Virus record (IMG/VR): IMGVR_UViG_3300022916_000011
Coordinates: 13,966-77,965 of that record
Origin: a virus
Strand: one strand, 5' to 3'
DNA: 64,000 nt
Position numbers and translations under genes: made by a program
Notes under the pieces: generated by a model
The model's database searches: none
Told to the model about the DNA's origin: nothing
The model's input: only the letters and a program-made list of their open reading frames with translations
Shown: piece by piece, positions 7,829 to 16,702 of the stretch
Position numbering within the stretch: the first letter of the stretch is position 1
How the letters are laid out: each line of letters starts with the position of its first letter

Positions 7829-8030
7829 TTTTTTATTCAATCAATTCAATATGTTAGCTGTTTTTGCTTCTGAAATTTCGCTCACACTGAACCAAATGGT
7901 CAAAGTCACATACTGGTATGGGTTGATGGGTTGCTTTACAGTGAAGGGTTGTTTTTGTGCTTCTCAGCGCATATTCTGGGTACAGGTAATGTCAAGAAAG
8001 ACCACCACGACCACTTGGTGTTGCCTCCCC

Positions 8031-8193
8031 AAAAATAGGCAGGAAATCCTCAACTTCATTCCTCAGCCTACTTCCAATCAAAAATAGGCAGGAAATCCTC
8101 AACTTCACTCCAATAAAAAATAGGCAGGAAATCCGGAGAAAAATAGGGGTCATTTCCAATTAACCCCCACCTAAAAAAATAGGCAGAAAAATC
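8031..8193 (+). repeat. direct repeats AAAAATAGGCAGGAAATCC
   Basis: 28 bp identical copies at 8031 and 8080; shorter or variant copies at ~8116, 8139, 8175. Confidence 0.9.
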
Positions 8194-8208
8194 ACCAGAA
8201 AATAAACC

Positions 8209-8238
8209 TTGACATTCTAGTAGTTGTAGTAGTAGAGT
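8209..8238 (+). promoter_or_regulatory. sigma-70-type promoter for the rightward block
   Basis: TTGACA-18 nt-TAGAGT. Confidence 0.5.
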
Positions 8239-8270
8239 AGTTCAAACATCAAAATAGAGAAGGGGGAAGG

Positions 8271-8429
8271 ATGATTAACATAGCATTCGGGTTAGGGGTT
8301 ATGGCCAGTCTTTATTTCACAGTAGGTTTTATCAGTTGCATCAAAGCAGCGGATTCAAGATATTCCACCTTTGGTTTCTGTTTAAGTATCAGTTGGGGGA
8401 TAACCGCTTATTTAGGGAGTTTGATATAA
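8271..8429 (+). CDS. small membrane protein (52 aa)
   Basis: manually translated; two hydrophobic segments; stop overlaps next start. Confidence 0.55.
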   Translation: MINIAFGLGVMASLYFTVGFISCIKAADSRYSTFGFCLSISWGITAYLGSLI

Positions 8430-8626
8430 TGGAAGAAGAGACTAAGATTGTAGTTGGTAAAGGGGATCATCGACCTAGTAGTAGGAATTGTATTCCTACA
8501 GATCTTGAGCTTTGTGCTGATAGTAGAAGAGAAGAATGCCCTTACTACATCAAGGTTATTGTTGATACTAAAGAGGTTAGTTTTTATCAAGGATTTTGTG
8601 GTTGGGGATTTAGAAAGGAGGAATAA
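8429..8626 (+). CDS. hypothetical Cys-containing protein
   Basis: TAATG coupling at both ends. Confidence 0.65.
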   Translation: MEEETKIVVGKGDHRPSSRNCIPTDLELCADSRREECPYYIKVIVDTKEVSFYQGFCGWGFRKEE

Positions 8627-8748
8627 TGTTTAGCTTTACGATTCATATTTGGCACTGGCGATGGAAACCTCATTTCTTTAGTTCACGGGAACTTCATGAG
8701 ATTATATTTAGTTGGTTATGTTTTTCTTTTGAGATAGATTGGAGTTAA
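8626..8748 (+). CDS. small Trp/Phe-rich protein (40 aa)
   Basis: AGGAGG SD; fills gap between neighbours. Confidence 0.5.
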   Translation: MFSFTIHIWHWRWKPHFFSSRELHEIIFSWLCFSFEIDWS

Positions 8749-8749
8749 A

Positions 8750-9106
8750 ATGAAAAGAATATGTGGATTTTGTCATTTACCATTTTCAGAAGATGCTATG
8801 ATTGGAATTGAGAGGGTAACTTTTGATGCGTTGGAACATCCTGATACTGAATTTTTTGCTTATCATGGCGACGAAAAAGATATAATACCTGTATGTGAAC
8901 CTTGCTATTCTGAAAAATCAGGAATTAAGAAAGAGTTTGCGAATTTGCCACCTTCTTTGCTGAAACATCAATATCCTTCAATAAAAGTAATAGAAAAAGA
9001 AAAGTATAGAAGTATGCCTTTAGTAAATCAGAGTGAAAGTATGATACGGGTTATTTTTACCTGTTCCATAAATGATTGGAGACAAATGCGTAAGGAGTTT
9101 TGCTGA
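8750..9106 (+). CDS. hypothetical zinc-binding protein
   Basis: CGFC and CEPC motifs. Confidence 0.7.
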   Translation: MKRICGFCHLPFSEDAMIGIERVTFDALEHPDTEFFAYHGDEKDIIPVCEPCYSEKSGIKKEFANLPPSLLKHQYPSIKVIEKEKYRSMPLVNQSESMIRVIFTCSINDWRQMRKEFC

Positions 9107-9453
9107 TGGATACTTATACAAAAGCAAAACTAGAAGAGGGTAAAAGAATTGGTAAAACTCCTTGGTGTGCTTCTGGTAATGTAGAAGCTTATTTATATAA
9201 TTATTTAAATCCACCTGGAGATAGAGAGCAGTACCCCCAAGAAACATATCATGAAGCACAATTAAGGTATGTAGAAGAAGGAGAAATTACACAGGAAGAA
9301 TATGAGGAAAGAATGAGGAAAGATTTAGAATTTCAGCATTGGCAATTAAGGAACATTGCTGATAATGCTTTAAAGAAAATGAAAGAAGTTGGAATTCTAG
9401 ATGAATATCTGTCGAAATATTATTTAAAGGATACAAATGATGGTCCAAGTTAA
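9106..9453 (+). CDS. hypothetical protein
   Basis: AAGGAG SD; TGATG coupling. Confidence 0.7.
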   Translation: MDTYTKAKLEEGKRIGKTPWCASGNVEAYLYNYLNPPGDREQYPQETYHEAQLRYVEEGEITQEEYEERMRKDLEFQHWQLRNIADNALKKMKEVGILDEYLSKYYLKDTNDGPS

Positions 9454-9661
9454 TCATACCATGTACACAGTGCAGAAGTGTTCTCTTACAGAGGATGAGC
9501 TTTATGGTAATAGTCATGCTAGTAAAGATGGATATGATACTGTATGTGGATTAGAGATAAACCATCATTGGTATATTATCAATAATACCTATGATGGGGA
9601 ATATAATTGTAAAAAGTGTGCTAAGATTTTAGAGGAGAATAGGATAAATGGAGTATTCTGA
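9437..9661 (+). CDS. hypothetical zinc-binding protein
   Basis: H..TVCG..CKKC pattern. Confidence 0.65.
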   Translation: MMVQVNHTMYTVQKCSLTEDELYGNSHASKDGYDTVCGLEINHHWYIINNTYDGEYNCKKCAKILEENRINGVF

Positions 9662-11945
9662 GAACGCTTTGAATGTATTCAAGAAATTGTACTTTAAGAA
9701 AGATGAAGGAGGAAATCTTTTAGAGGATAATCCTGATGAAGTATTTAAAAGGGTATCGGTATTTATATCTGATGATATAAATGATAGCATGAAATGGGAA
9801 AAAAGATTTTATGATATGATGAAAGATGGATATTTTAGACCGAATACTCCTTGTTTGATGAATGCAGGGGTACAAGAGAAACCACAGACAGCAGCATGTT
9901 TTGTTGGGGATATGGAGGATGACCTTTGCTCTATCCTGGATTTTGATCGTGAAGCAGCATTGGTTTTTGCTAGTGGAAGTGGGATAGGTATCAATTTTGG
10001 TACTTTGCGGGAAAGAGGAGCAGCTTTGAGTAGTGGAGGAGAAAGTAGTGGTCCTTTTGCCTTTATGAAAAAGTTAGCATCTACGGGTGAAGCGGTTAAA
10101 AGTGGGGGAAGAAGTAGACGTGCCGCTATTATGAGTATGTTCTTTGATGATCATCCGGACTTATTGGAGTTTATTACTATTAAAAATGGTGTAGATCAAG
10201 ATTTACGATCTATGAACCTTTCTGTGGCAGCAAGTGATGCTTTTATGAAAGCAGTTAAGGATGGTAGTAGTTGGGAATTGTGTGGTGTTATAGATGGTAG
10301 GATTAAAAGCACACATAATGCCAGAGATATTTTTGATCTGATTGCTACGAATGCACATAAAAGTGGAGATCCTGGTATCTGGTTCATTGATAGAGCTAAT
10401 GCAGATAATGGATTAAACAAACAGTATGGTAGTATCACCAGTACAAATCCTTGTGGTGAACAGTCCTTGTTACCTCACGGTGCTTGTGCTTTAGCATCTA
10501 TCAATCTAGCTAAGTTTGTAGTGGAAGATGGCAAATTTGATTATGAAAAGTTTAGAGAAATTGTTACATATGGAACTTATTTCCTCGATTTCATGATTGA
10601 AAAGAGTGGATACCCTACAAAAGATTATGAGGATATGGCTAAGAATACTAGACCACTTGGTTTAGGTATTATGGGTTTAGCGGATATGTTGTGTTTACTG
10701 GAAATTCCTTATGATAGTCAAGAAGCTTATATACTTTGTGGAAATATAGCGGAAGTGTTAACACAAGAGTCAATTGAAGCTTCAATGAAATTGGCAGAAG
10801 ATTATGGAGCGTTCCCAGCTTTTAACAATAATATTAATGGTATGACTGAATTATGTGAAAAGTTTGGTTTTCATGACGATGTACTCAATATTAAACCTCT
10901 TAGAAATTCTAGTTGGACTACAATAGCACCTACAGGTACAATTTCTATTTCTGCTGATTGCTCTCCAGGGATGGAACCTCTTTTCGGTATCACCTACACA
11001 AAGAATATAGCGGATTCAGATGAAAAATGGATATTTGTTAATCCAATTTTTGAAAGTTTACACCATGATAAATCTTGGTATAAGGAAGCAGTCGAGAGAA
11101 TTGAATTGAATCATGGTTCATGTCAAGGAATAGAGTGTGTACCTTTAGAAGTCAGGAGGGTATGGAAGACAGCACATGATATTGATTGGAAAGATCGTAT
11201 TGAAATGCAAGCACACCTTCAAACGTATATCTCTAATGCTATTTCATCTACTATAAACCTACCTAGATCGGCTACAGTAGACGAAATCAAAGAGATGTAT
11301 CTCCTTGCGTGGCAAAAAGGACTAAAAGGAATTACGGTGTATCGTGACGGTTCTCTTGACTGTCAACCAGTGGAATTTGAAAAAGAAAAAGAGAAACCAC
11401 AAAAGAAAGTAGAGAAATTGTGTAAAGGAAGACCTAAAATTCGTGACGGTAAAACTTATGAAGTAGCTACTGGACATGGAAATGTCTTTATTACAGTAAA
11501 TCATGATTGTAATGGCAAGATATTTGAAATATTTAATGCTGGTGGAAAAGGTGGAGGTAAAAATGCTGCAAAACTTGAGGCTATAGGTCGTTTAGTATCA
11601 TTGGCATTACAGTATAATGTTCCAATTGACGAAATTGCTTCTCAATTGATCAATATAGGGGATGGAAGTATTGCTTGGGATAAATTAGATCCAAATGATA
11701 CAAAATCAACACCTATATTGAGTATACCTGATGCTATTGGAAAAGTTTTGAAAAAGTTTTATTCTAATAAAAATGGTATGGAAGTGAATATGATCGTTGA
11801 GCAGGAAAGTATCATTTTAGAAGATACACCAGTTGAATGTGCAGAACCAGAGAATAAACAACTACTTTGTCCTGAGTGTGGGGGTAATGCAGAAATGAAA
11901 GAAGGATGTCTTTTCTGTCCTAGTTGTGGCTCAATGTGTTCATAA
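9648..11945 (+). CDS. nrdJ: adenosylcobalamin-dependent (class II) ribonucleotide reductase with C-terminal TSCPD-like and zinc-ribbon region
   Basis: PNTPCLMNAG, TNPCGEQ, RPLGLG, TTIAPTGTIS, KGITVYRDGS; C-terminal CPECG..CPSCG; no beta subunit nearby. Confidence 0.9.
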   Translation: MEYSENALNVFKKLYFKKDEGGNLLEDNPDEVFKRVSVFISDDINDSMKWEKRFYDMMKDGYFRPNTPCLMNAGVQEKPQTAACFVGDMEDDLCSILDFDREAALVFASGSGIGINFGTLRERGAALSSGGESSGPFAFMKKLASTGEAVKSGGRSRRAAIMSMFFDDHPDLLEFITIKNGVDQDLRSMNLSVAASDAFMKAVKDGSSWELCGVIDGRIKSTHNARDIFDLIATNAHKSGDPGIWFIDRANADNGLNKQYGSITSTNPCGEQSLLPHGACALASINLAKFVVEDGKFDYEKFREIVTYGTYFLDFMIEKSGYPTKDYEDMAKNTRPLGLGIMGLADMLCLLEIPYDSQEAYILCGNIAEVLTQESIEASMKLAEDYGAFPAFNNNINGMTELCEKFGFHDDVLNIKPLRNSSWTTIAPTGTISISADCSPGMEPLFGITYTKNIADSDEKWIFVNPIFESLHHDKSWYKEAVERIELNHGSCQGIECVPLEVRRVWKTAHDIDWKDRIEMQAHLQTYISNAISSTINLPRSATVDEIKEMYLLAWQKGLKGITVYRDGSLDCQPVEFEKEKEKPQKKVEKLCKGRPKIRDGKTYEVATGHGNVFITVNHDCNGKIFEIFNAGGKGGGKNAAKLEAIGRLVSLALQYNVPIDEIASQLINIGDGSIAWDKLDPNDTKSTPILSIPDAIGKVLKKFYSNKNGMEVNMIVEQESIILEDTPVECAEPENKQLLCPECGGNAEMKEGCLFCPSCGSMCS

Positions 11946-11952
11946 ATAGTAT

Positions 11953-11982
11953 TTGACTTTTTTGAAAAGATAATTTTATACT
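11953..11982 (+). promoter_or_regulatory. sigma-70-type promoter of the HNH gene
   Basis: TTGACT-18 nt-TATACT. Confidence 0.6.
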
Positions 11983-11985
11983 GCG

Positions 11986-12096
11986 GTAACTGAAGTGATG
12001 ATACCAAAGAGAAATAAAACAAACCCTGAGAATTCTTGCATCGTGAGGTGCAGGAGAGCTATCATCAGCTCCAGTTATTCTCAGGGTTTTCTTTTT
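11986..12096 (+). promoter_or_regulatory. structured 5' leader with alternative pairings (attenuator-like)
   Basis: stems 12021-12033/12077-12089 and 12034-12055 (GUGA loop); competing pairing 11986-12003/12060-12078; U-tract before SD. Confidence 0.55.
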
Positions 12097-12107
12097 GGAG
12101 GGTAGTA

Positions 12108-12845
12108 ATGAAAAATTTATGCGAATGTGGTTGCGGTGAAATAGTTAAGAGGAGATTTGTGTCTGGTCATAATAATAGAGGTAAAACTATTTCTGAATGG
12201 CAGAAAGGCAGGATAAGTGCAGCTAATAAGGGGAGGAAACATTCCGAAGAAACAAAGAAAAAATTAAGTAAACTTAGTACTGGTAGGAAACATTCCGAAG
12301 AAACAAAGAAAAAATTAAGTAAACTTAGTAAAGGAAAAAAACTTTCAGAAGAAACAAAGAAAAAATTAAGTAAACTTAGTAAAGGAAAAAAACTTTCAGA
12401 AGAACATAAGAAAAAATTGAGGGAAGCTAATAAGAATATTTCTGCTGAAAGACGGCAGAAATTGAGAGATGCGAATTTGGGGAGGAAACATTCCGAAGAA
12501 ACAAAGAAAAAAATAGGATTCAAGAGTAAAGGAAGAAAACGTACAAAAAAAGCAAAATTAAAACATTTTATTACTTTAATAGAAAATAGACAGAAAATAG
12601 GAATTACAACTGTAAATGGTGGGTACTGCCATGTTTGGAGTGATAGAGAGTACATTAATGATTTAAGAGGACCAGCGTGTGAACATTGTGGGATAACTAA
12701 TATGATGAATATTCATTTATGTGGATTTAGATTAAGTACACATCATAAGAATGGGAAAGAAAATTGTGCTCCCACAGATATTCAAACTTTATGTAATAGT
12801 TGTCACACTAAAGAACATCGGAGATTACATTGTAAAGAGGTATAA
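12108..12845 (+). CDS. free-standing HNH homing endonuclease with NUMOD3 repeats
   Basis: N-terminal CECGCG..FVSGHN; tandem [10 protein letters not shown] repeats; C-terminal CEHCG..HHKNG..LCNSCH. Confidence 0.85.
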   Translation: MKNLCECGCGEIVKRRFVSGHNNRGKTISEWQKGRISAANKGRKHSEETKKKLSKLSTGRKHSEETKKKLSKLSKGKKLSEETKKKLSKLSKGKKLSEEHKKKLREANKNISAERRQKLRDANLGRKHSEETKKKIGFKSKGRKRTKKAKLKHFITLIENRQKIGITTVNGGYCHVWSDREYINDLRGPACEHCGITNMMNIHLCGFRLSTHHKNGKENCAPTDIQTLCNSCHTKEHRRLHCKEV

Positions 12846-12861
12846 AAATGTGGGTGATATT

Positions 12862-13227
12862 ATGAAATTTTATCGTTATCAAGATATATTCTATAGATCA
12901 GGACCAAAGATTGATTTGCTAGAATTTAAGTCAATCAAAGAAACCCCAAAAGGTTGGTGGATTGTGTCTAACTACGCTTATCCTAATTGGTTAGACGGCA
13001 ATCTTGTTGAAGAGATAGATGATAAAAGATGGGTATCGGCAACAGCAATGAAACGATTTGCATATCCAACAAAGAAGGAAGCACTTTATAGTTACAAGAT
13101 GAGGAAAAAAAGTCAAATTAGGATATTAAAAGCAAGACTATTGAATGCTGAAACTCTATTGGAAGAGATTGATAGAGTAGATTTTGAAGGGAAACCAAAA
13201 ACTTTTGAATTAAAAGGGGGTACATAA
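12862..13227 (+). CDS. phage hypothetical protein
   Basis: KETPKGWWI..KRFAYPTKKEAL pattern. Confidence 0.7.
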   Translation: MKFYRYQDIFYRSGPKIDLLEFKSIKETPKGWWIVSNYAYPNWLDGNLVEEIDDKRWVSATAMKRFAYPTKKEALYSYKMRKKSQIRILKARLLNAETLLEEIDRVDFEGKPKTFELKGGT

Positions 13228-13839
13228 ATGAATAAATTAAGCGAAATAGTTTGGGCAGTCGAGGTTTCTACATTTGAGGGTAAATTGTTTGAGGGATATC
13301 AAGTACCGCCAGATCCAACGGTCCTCAATAAAATTTATAATAATTCTGTTGCTATGAGCAGGAGAGATTGTGAGGAAAATCCTGAGTTCAAACACATTAT
13401 TCCTTATGTTGTTCTCACATCTGAAACCAATGATATATTCGTTACTAGAAGGACCAGTAATCAAACGGAGGGTAGATTACATGGAAAGGCTTCTATTGGT
13501 GTAGGTGGTCATGTGGGACCTATGCGGTATGTTACAGTAAAAGATTCCATTCATGTAGGAATGTTGAGGGAATTGCAGGAAGAACTTACTGGAATGGATG
13601 CAATAGGTACATCCTTTGATTTTCTTCCTAAATTGGTAGGTATATTGAGTGACAATTCTAATAGCGTGGGTGCTGTTCATTTGGGATTAGTTTATGAATT
13701 GTTGGTAGATCCTGATCGTATGGAAAGTATTAATATAAAAGAGACAGAAAATATGACAGGGGTGTGGATGCCTTATGATGATGCTCTCAAAGTAGAAAAT
13801 TACGAAAGTTGGTCGGCATTGGTTTTGGGGTTAATATAA
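13228..13839 (+). CDS. NUDIX-family phosphoesterase
   Basis: KHIIPYVV, EGRLHGKASIGVGGHV, RELQEEL, VHLGLV. Confidence 0.8.
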   Translation: MNKLSEIVWAVEVSTFEGKLFEGYQVPPDPTVLNKIYNNSVAMSRRDCEENPEFKHIIPYVVLTSETNDIFVTRRTSNQTEGRLHGKASIGVGGHVGPMRYVTVKDSIHVGMLRELQEELTGMDAIGTSFDFLPKLVGILSDNSNSVGAVHLGLVYELLVDPDRMESINIKETENMTGVWMPYDDALKVENYESWSALVLGLI

Positions 13840-14369
13840 TGGAAAAAGTTAAAGTAATAGTAGTGAACGGATTGTCACGTTCTGGTAAAGATTCATTTAT
13901 TGATGCTATACGCAAGAAAGTTCCTGCTTTAATCGAACATTCAACAATTTATACAGTTTGGGATTCATTACTTTATCTTGATATGATAAATCCTATCAAG
14001 AAAGGTCCAGAAGAGAGAGAATTTCTTGCTGCTGTGAAACAAGCATGGATCAATTACAATGAGGGTCCTTTTAAAGAAGTAGTACATATGGCAGATGAAT
14101 TAGAAAAGGAATACGCTTTCACATCTAATATAGACAGGGTTTTGTTAGCAGTTCATGTTAGAGAACCGGAAGAAATGAAGAAATTGAAGAGACACTTTGA
14201 AGATAGAATGTTTACTGTGAAAGTTACTAGACCTGAAATAACAGCGCAACCAGGAGATGAAAATGTGAACAATTGGAATTACGATTTTGAGGTGTATAAT
14301 GAGGGGGATTTGGAATACTTAGACACATTAGTTGATGCATTTATTAACTTCTTGAATGAAAGGAAGTGA
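13839..14369 (+). CDS. P-loop nucleotide (dNMP) kinase-like protein
   Basis: NGLSRSGKD Walker A; HVREPEE; YDFEVYN. Confidence 0.7.
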   Translation: MEKVKVIVVNGLSRSGKDSFIDAIRKKVPALIEHSTIYTVWDSLLYLDMINPIKKGPEEREFLAAVKQAWINYNEGPFKEVVHMADELEKEYAFTSNIDRVLLAVHVREPEEMKKLKRHFEDRMFTVKVTRPEITAQPGDENVNNWNYDFEVYNEGDLEYLDTLVDAFINFLNERK

Positions 14370-14596
14370 AAGTGGAAACTGATGGTTTAATGAGAACAGA
14401 ACTTTCTGGTTCCGTAATGTGTGAAATGTCTTCAAGATTATGTGATATTTTGCATGAAGCATACGTGGAAGGAACCCATATAGATATCAGACATCCTATA
14501 TTTGATTTTCCTTGTAAATTTGTAATTATTTCTGAAATAGTGGAAGCTTCACCAAATGGTGCTGTAGTTTTTTTTGAATTGCGGTCTTTTTCATAA
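14366..14596 (+). CDS. hypothetical protein
   Basis: GTGA overlap with upstream gene. Confidence 0.5.
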   Translation: MKVETDGLMRTELSGSVMCEMSSRLCDILHEAYVEGTHIDIRHPIFDFPCKFVIISEIVEASPNGAVVFFELRSFS

Positions 14597-14608
14597 AGGA
14601 GGGGAAAA

Positions 14609-15001
14609 ATGTTAAGTTTTCAGCCAATAAAGAATTGGTTATTTCAAAAGAAATGTGAGGATGACTATAAAGAAATGGTAACATCCTCTTCTACTGTTTC
14701 TACTGATGTCTGCTTTATTTGTGGAGAGGAAGAAAATGAAACACAAAAATTGGAGTACCTTTACGTTGAGACAGATCCTATTTATGGTATCATGAATAGG
14801 GCTATTTATCATAGGGATTGTGTCGAGCATATTGTGTGCAATTCTGAAAATTTACCAGAAGAAGGTAGAGAGCATTTAAAACAGGCTGTACAAATTGTAC
14901 AGCAATGGAAGAAAGATGAATTAAGAGCCAAAGAAGCTCAAGAGGAATTGGAAACACAACTATTAGATAGCAAGTTATTCCTTTGCAAGGAGAATAAATG
15001 A
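14609..15001 (+). CDS. hypothetical zinc-binding protein
   Basis: CFIC..YHRDC; strong SD. Confidence 0.7.
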   Translation: MLSFQPIKNWLFQKKCEDDYKEMVTSSSTVSTDVCFICGEEENETQKLEYLYVETDPIYGIMNRAIYHRDCVEHIVCNSENLPEEGREHLKQAVQIVQQWKKDELRAKEAQEELETQLLDSKLFLCKENK

Positions 15002-15085
15002 TATATACAATGATATTTGCATTGTTCATTTTGGTATTCATTTTGATAGATAGTTTCAGTAAATTAAAAATACGGGAGGGTTACG

Positions 15086-15379
15086 ATGAAGATTCAAACA
15101 ACACTAGGGATTATAGTTACACTAGGTACAATTGCTGGTGGACTAGTAGCAATAGACAGTCATTATGCGAAATCTTCAGAAGTGGAAGAGGTATCTGTCT
15201 ATATATGCAGGATAGAAAAACGACTAGATGAGAAGATACAAACAGATAGAGCTAATTCATTACAAGAACGAATGTGGCGTCTTGAGGATCGTTATACACC
15301 AGATAAAGCTAGACAAAAAGATGAGTACCGTAGATTGCAACAGGAAAGAGAAGATATTATTAGAAAAAAGGGAAAATAA
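15086..15379 (+). CDS. single-TM coiled-coil membrane protein (possibly holin-like)
   Basis: N-terminal hydrophobic helix, charged coiled-coil tail; GGAGG SD. Confidence 0.55.
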   Translation: MKIQTTLGIIVTLGTIAGGLVAIDSHYAKSSEVEEVSVYICRIEKRLDEKIQTDRANSLQERMWRLEDRYTPDKARQKDEYRRLQQEREDIIRKKGK

Positions 15380-15381
15380 CT

Positions 15382-15588
15382 ATGGAAGAGGTATTTTATG
15401 ATAAATTAGATAAGAAAGAGCATTGGGCTAAGAAAACCTTTAGAGAAAAAGGTGTTTCTATGGGGGATGTAGCCAGAGCATTGGGATTAAGCTATACCTA
15501 TGTCTGCGGTATGCTATCTGGAAATATCAAGATAACTGATGAGCAAGAGGAAAGAATTAAGGAATTGGCGGATTATTTGAACCAATAG
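15382..15588 (+). CDS. XRE/Cro-like HTH protein
   Basis: GVSMGDVARALGLSYTYVCGMLSG. Confidence 0.8.
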   Translation: MEEVFYDKLDKKEHWAKKTFREKGVSMGDVARALGLSYTYVCGMLSGNIKITDEQEERIKELADYLNQ

Positions 15589-15597
15589 GGGGTTGCT

Positions 15598-15828
15598 ATG
15601 GTGGAAGAAATAAAGTTAGAAAAAGAATCTTTGTGTCTGGATTGTGAACATTTGTTTGTTGCTACTGCTCAAGGGGAAAAACCAGAGTTATTCACTAGAT
15701 CGGTTTGTTTAAAAGATAAGGATCTTTTTGATCACTTATGGAATATGGCGCAGGATGTCTTTTTAGAAAAGAAAAATGACGCTTCTATTCCTCATATAAT
15801 TGAATGTTCGCAGTATTCAGGAGAATAA
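15598..15828 (+). CDS. hypothetical Cys-containing protein
   Basis: CLDC..C..CSQY. Confidence 0.65.
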   Translation: MVEEIKLEKESLCLDCEHLFVATAQGEKPELFTRSVCLKDKDLFDHLWNMAQDVFLEKKNDASIPHIIECSQYSGE

Positions 15829-15829
15829 T

Positions 15830-16702
15830 ATGAAGAAATTCGTGTTACTCGGTGCGGCAGGATTTGTTGCACCTCGCCATATGCAGGCGATAAAAGACGT
15901 TGGTGGTGAGTTAGTTGCTATAATGGACCCCTCTGATAGTGTGGGTATTGTGGATTCATATTTTTCTAATGCTGCGTACTTTAAAACATTTGAAAGGTTT
16001 GATCGTCATTGCTCCATGAGAGGGGATATAGATTACGTTTCTATTGCAAGTCCGAACCATTTACATGACGCACATTGTCGTTTTGCTTTACGAATTGGAG
16101 CGGACGCCATTTGTGAAAAACCTTTGGTATTAAGAGAGAAAAACCTTGATCAGTTGCTTAAATTAGAGAAACAAACAGGTAAAAGGGTTTGGAATATCTT
16201 GCAATTACGGTTAAGTGATGTTTATAAGAGGATTATTTCTCATATTAATGAAATAGACGATGGACATTTACTTGATATTTCATTGGATTACTTTGCTCCA
16301 AGGGGTCGTTGGTACGACTTTAGTTGGAAGATGTCTGAGGAACAGTCAGGTGGCCTTGAATGTAATATAGGGATTCATTTACTGGATCTTCTTTGTGAAT
16401 TTTTTGGTCATTGGGATATGGTTTCAGCTTATGACAAAGATATAATGGGAAGGAACATATACTTTTCTGTAGAATTTGCACATGCTACTGTTTATGTGGA
16501 ACTATCTCTTGACAGATCAGAGAAAAGGGAACTCACTATAGATGGAGTTTCTTTTGACCTTACCCCTAATATGAAAAATTTGCACACAAAGAGTTATGAA
16601 CAGATTTTAGCAGGGAAAGGTTTTGGTATTGAAGAAGCAAGGCAGGCTGTATCTTTATGCGATGAATTGCGTGATATATCTTTTGAAAGGAGGTATAAAT
16701 GA
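15830..16702 (+). CDS. wbpB: Gfo/Idh/MocA oxidoreductase, WbpB/WlbA-like UDP-GlcNAcA 3-dehydrogenase
   Basis: GAAGFVAPRH, DPSDSVG, SIASPNHLHDAH, CEKPL, NIGIH. Confidence 0.85.
   Translation: MKKFVLLGAAGFVAPRHMQAIKDVGGELVAIMDPSDSVGIVDSYFSNAAYFKTFERFDRHCSMRGDIDYVSIASPNHLHDAHCRFALRIGADAICEKPLVLREKNLDQLLKLEKQTGKRVWNILQLRLSDVYKRIISHINEIDDGHLLDISLDYFAPRGRWYDFSWKMSEEQSGGLECNIGIHLLDLLCEFFGHWDMVSAYDKDIMGRNIYFSVEFAHATVYVELSLDRSEKRELTIDGVSFDLTPNMKNLHTKSYEQILAGKGFGIEEARQAVSLCDELRDISFERRYK

Noticed and set aside
5624-8022. Ordinary restriction-site or NGG PAM avoidance as the cause of the depletion
   Set aside because: GG remains frequent as GGT/GGG and many 4-5 bp palindromes persist. Not fully excluded, but a poor fit.
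8031-8193. Mini-CRISPR array
   Set aside because: Spacers are short and irregular (about 5-40 bp) and the repeats decay and are not palindromic.
12167-12655. Repetitive minus-strand ORF
   Set aside because: Antisense of the NUMOD3 repeats; no SD or independent support.
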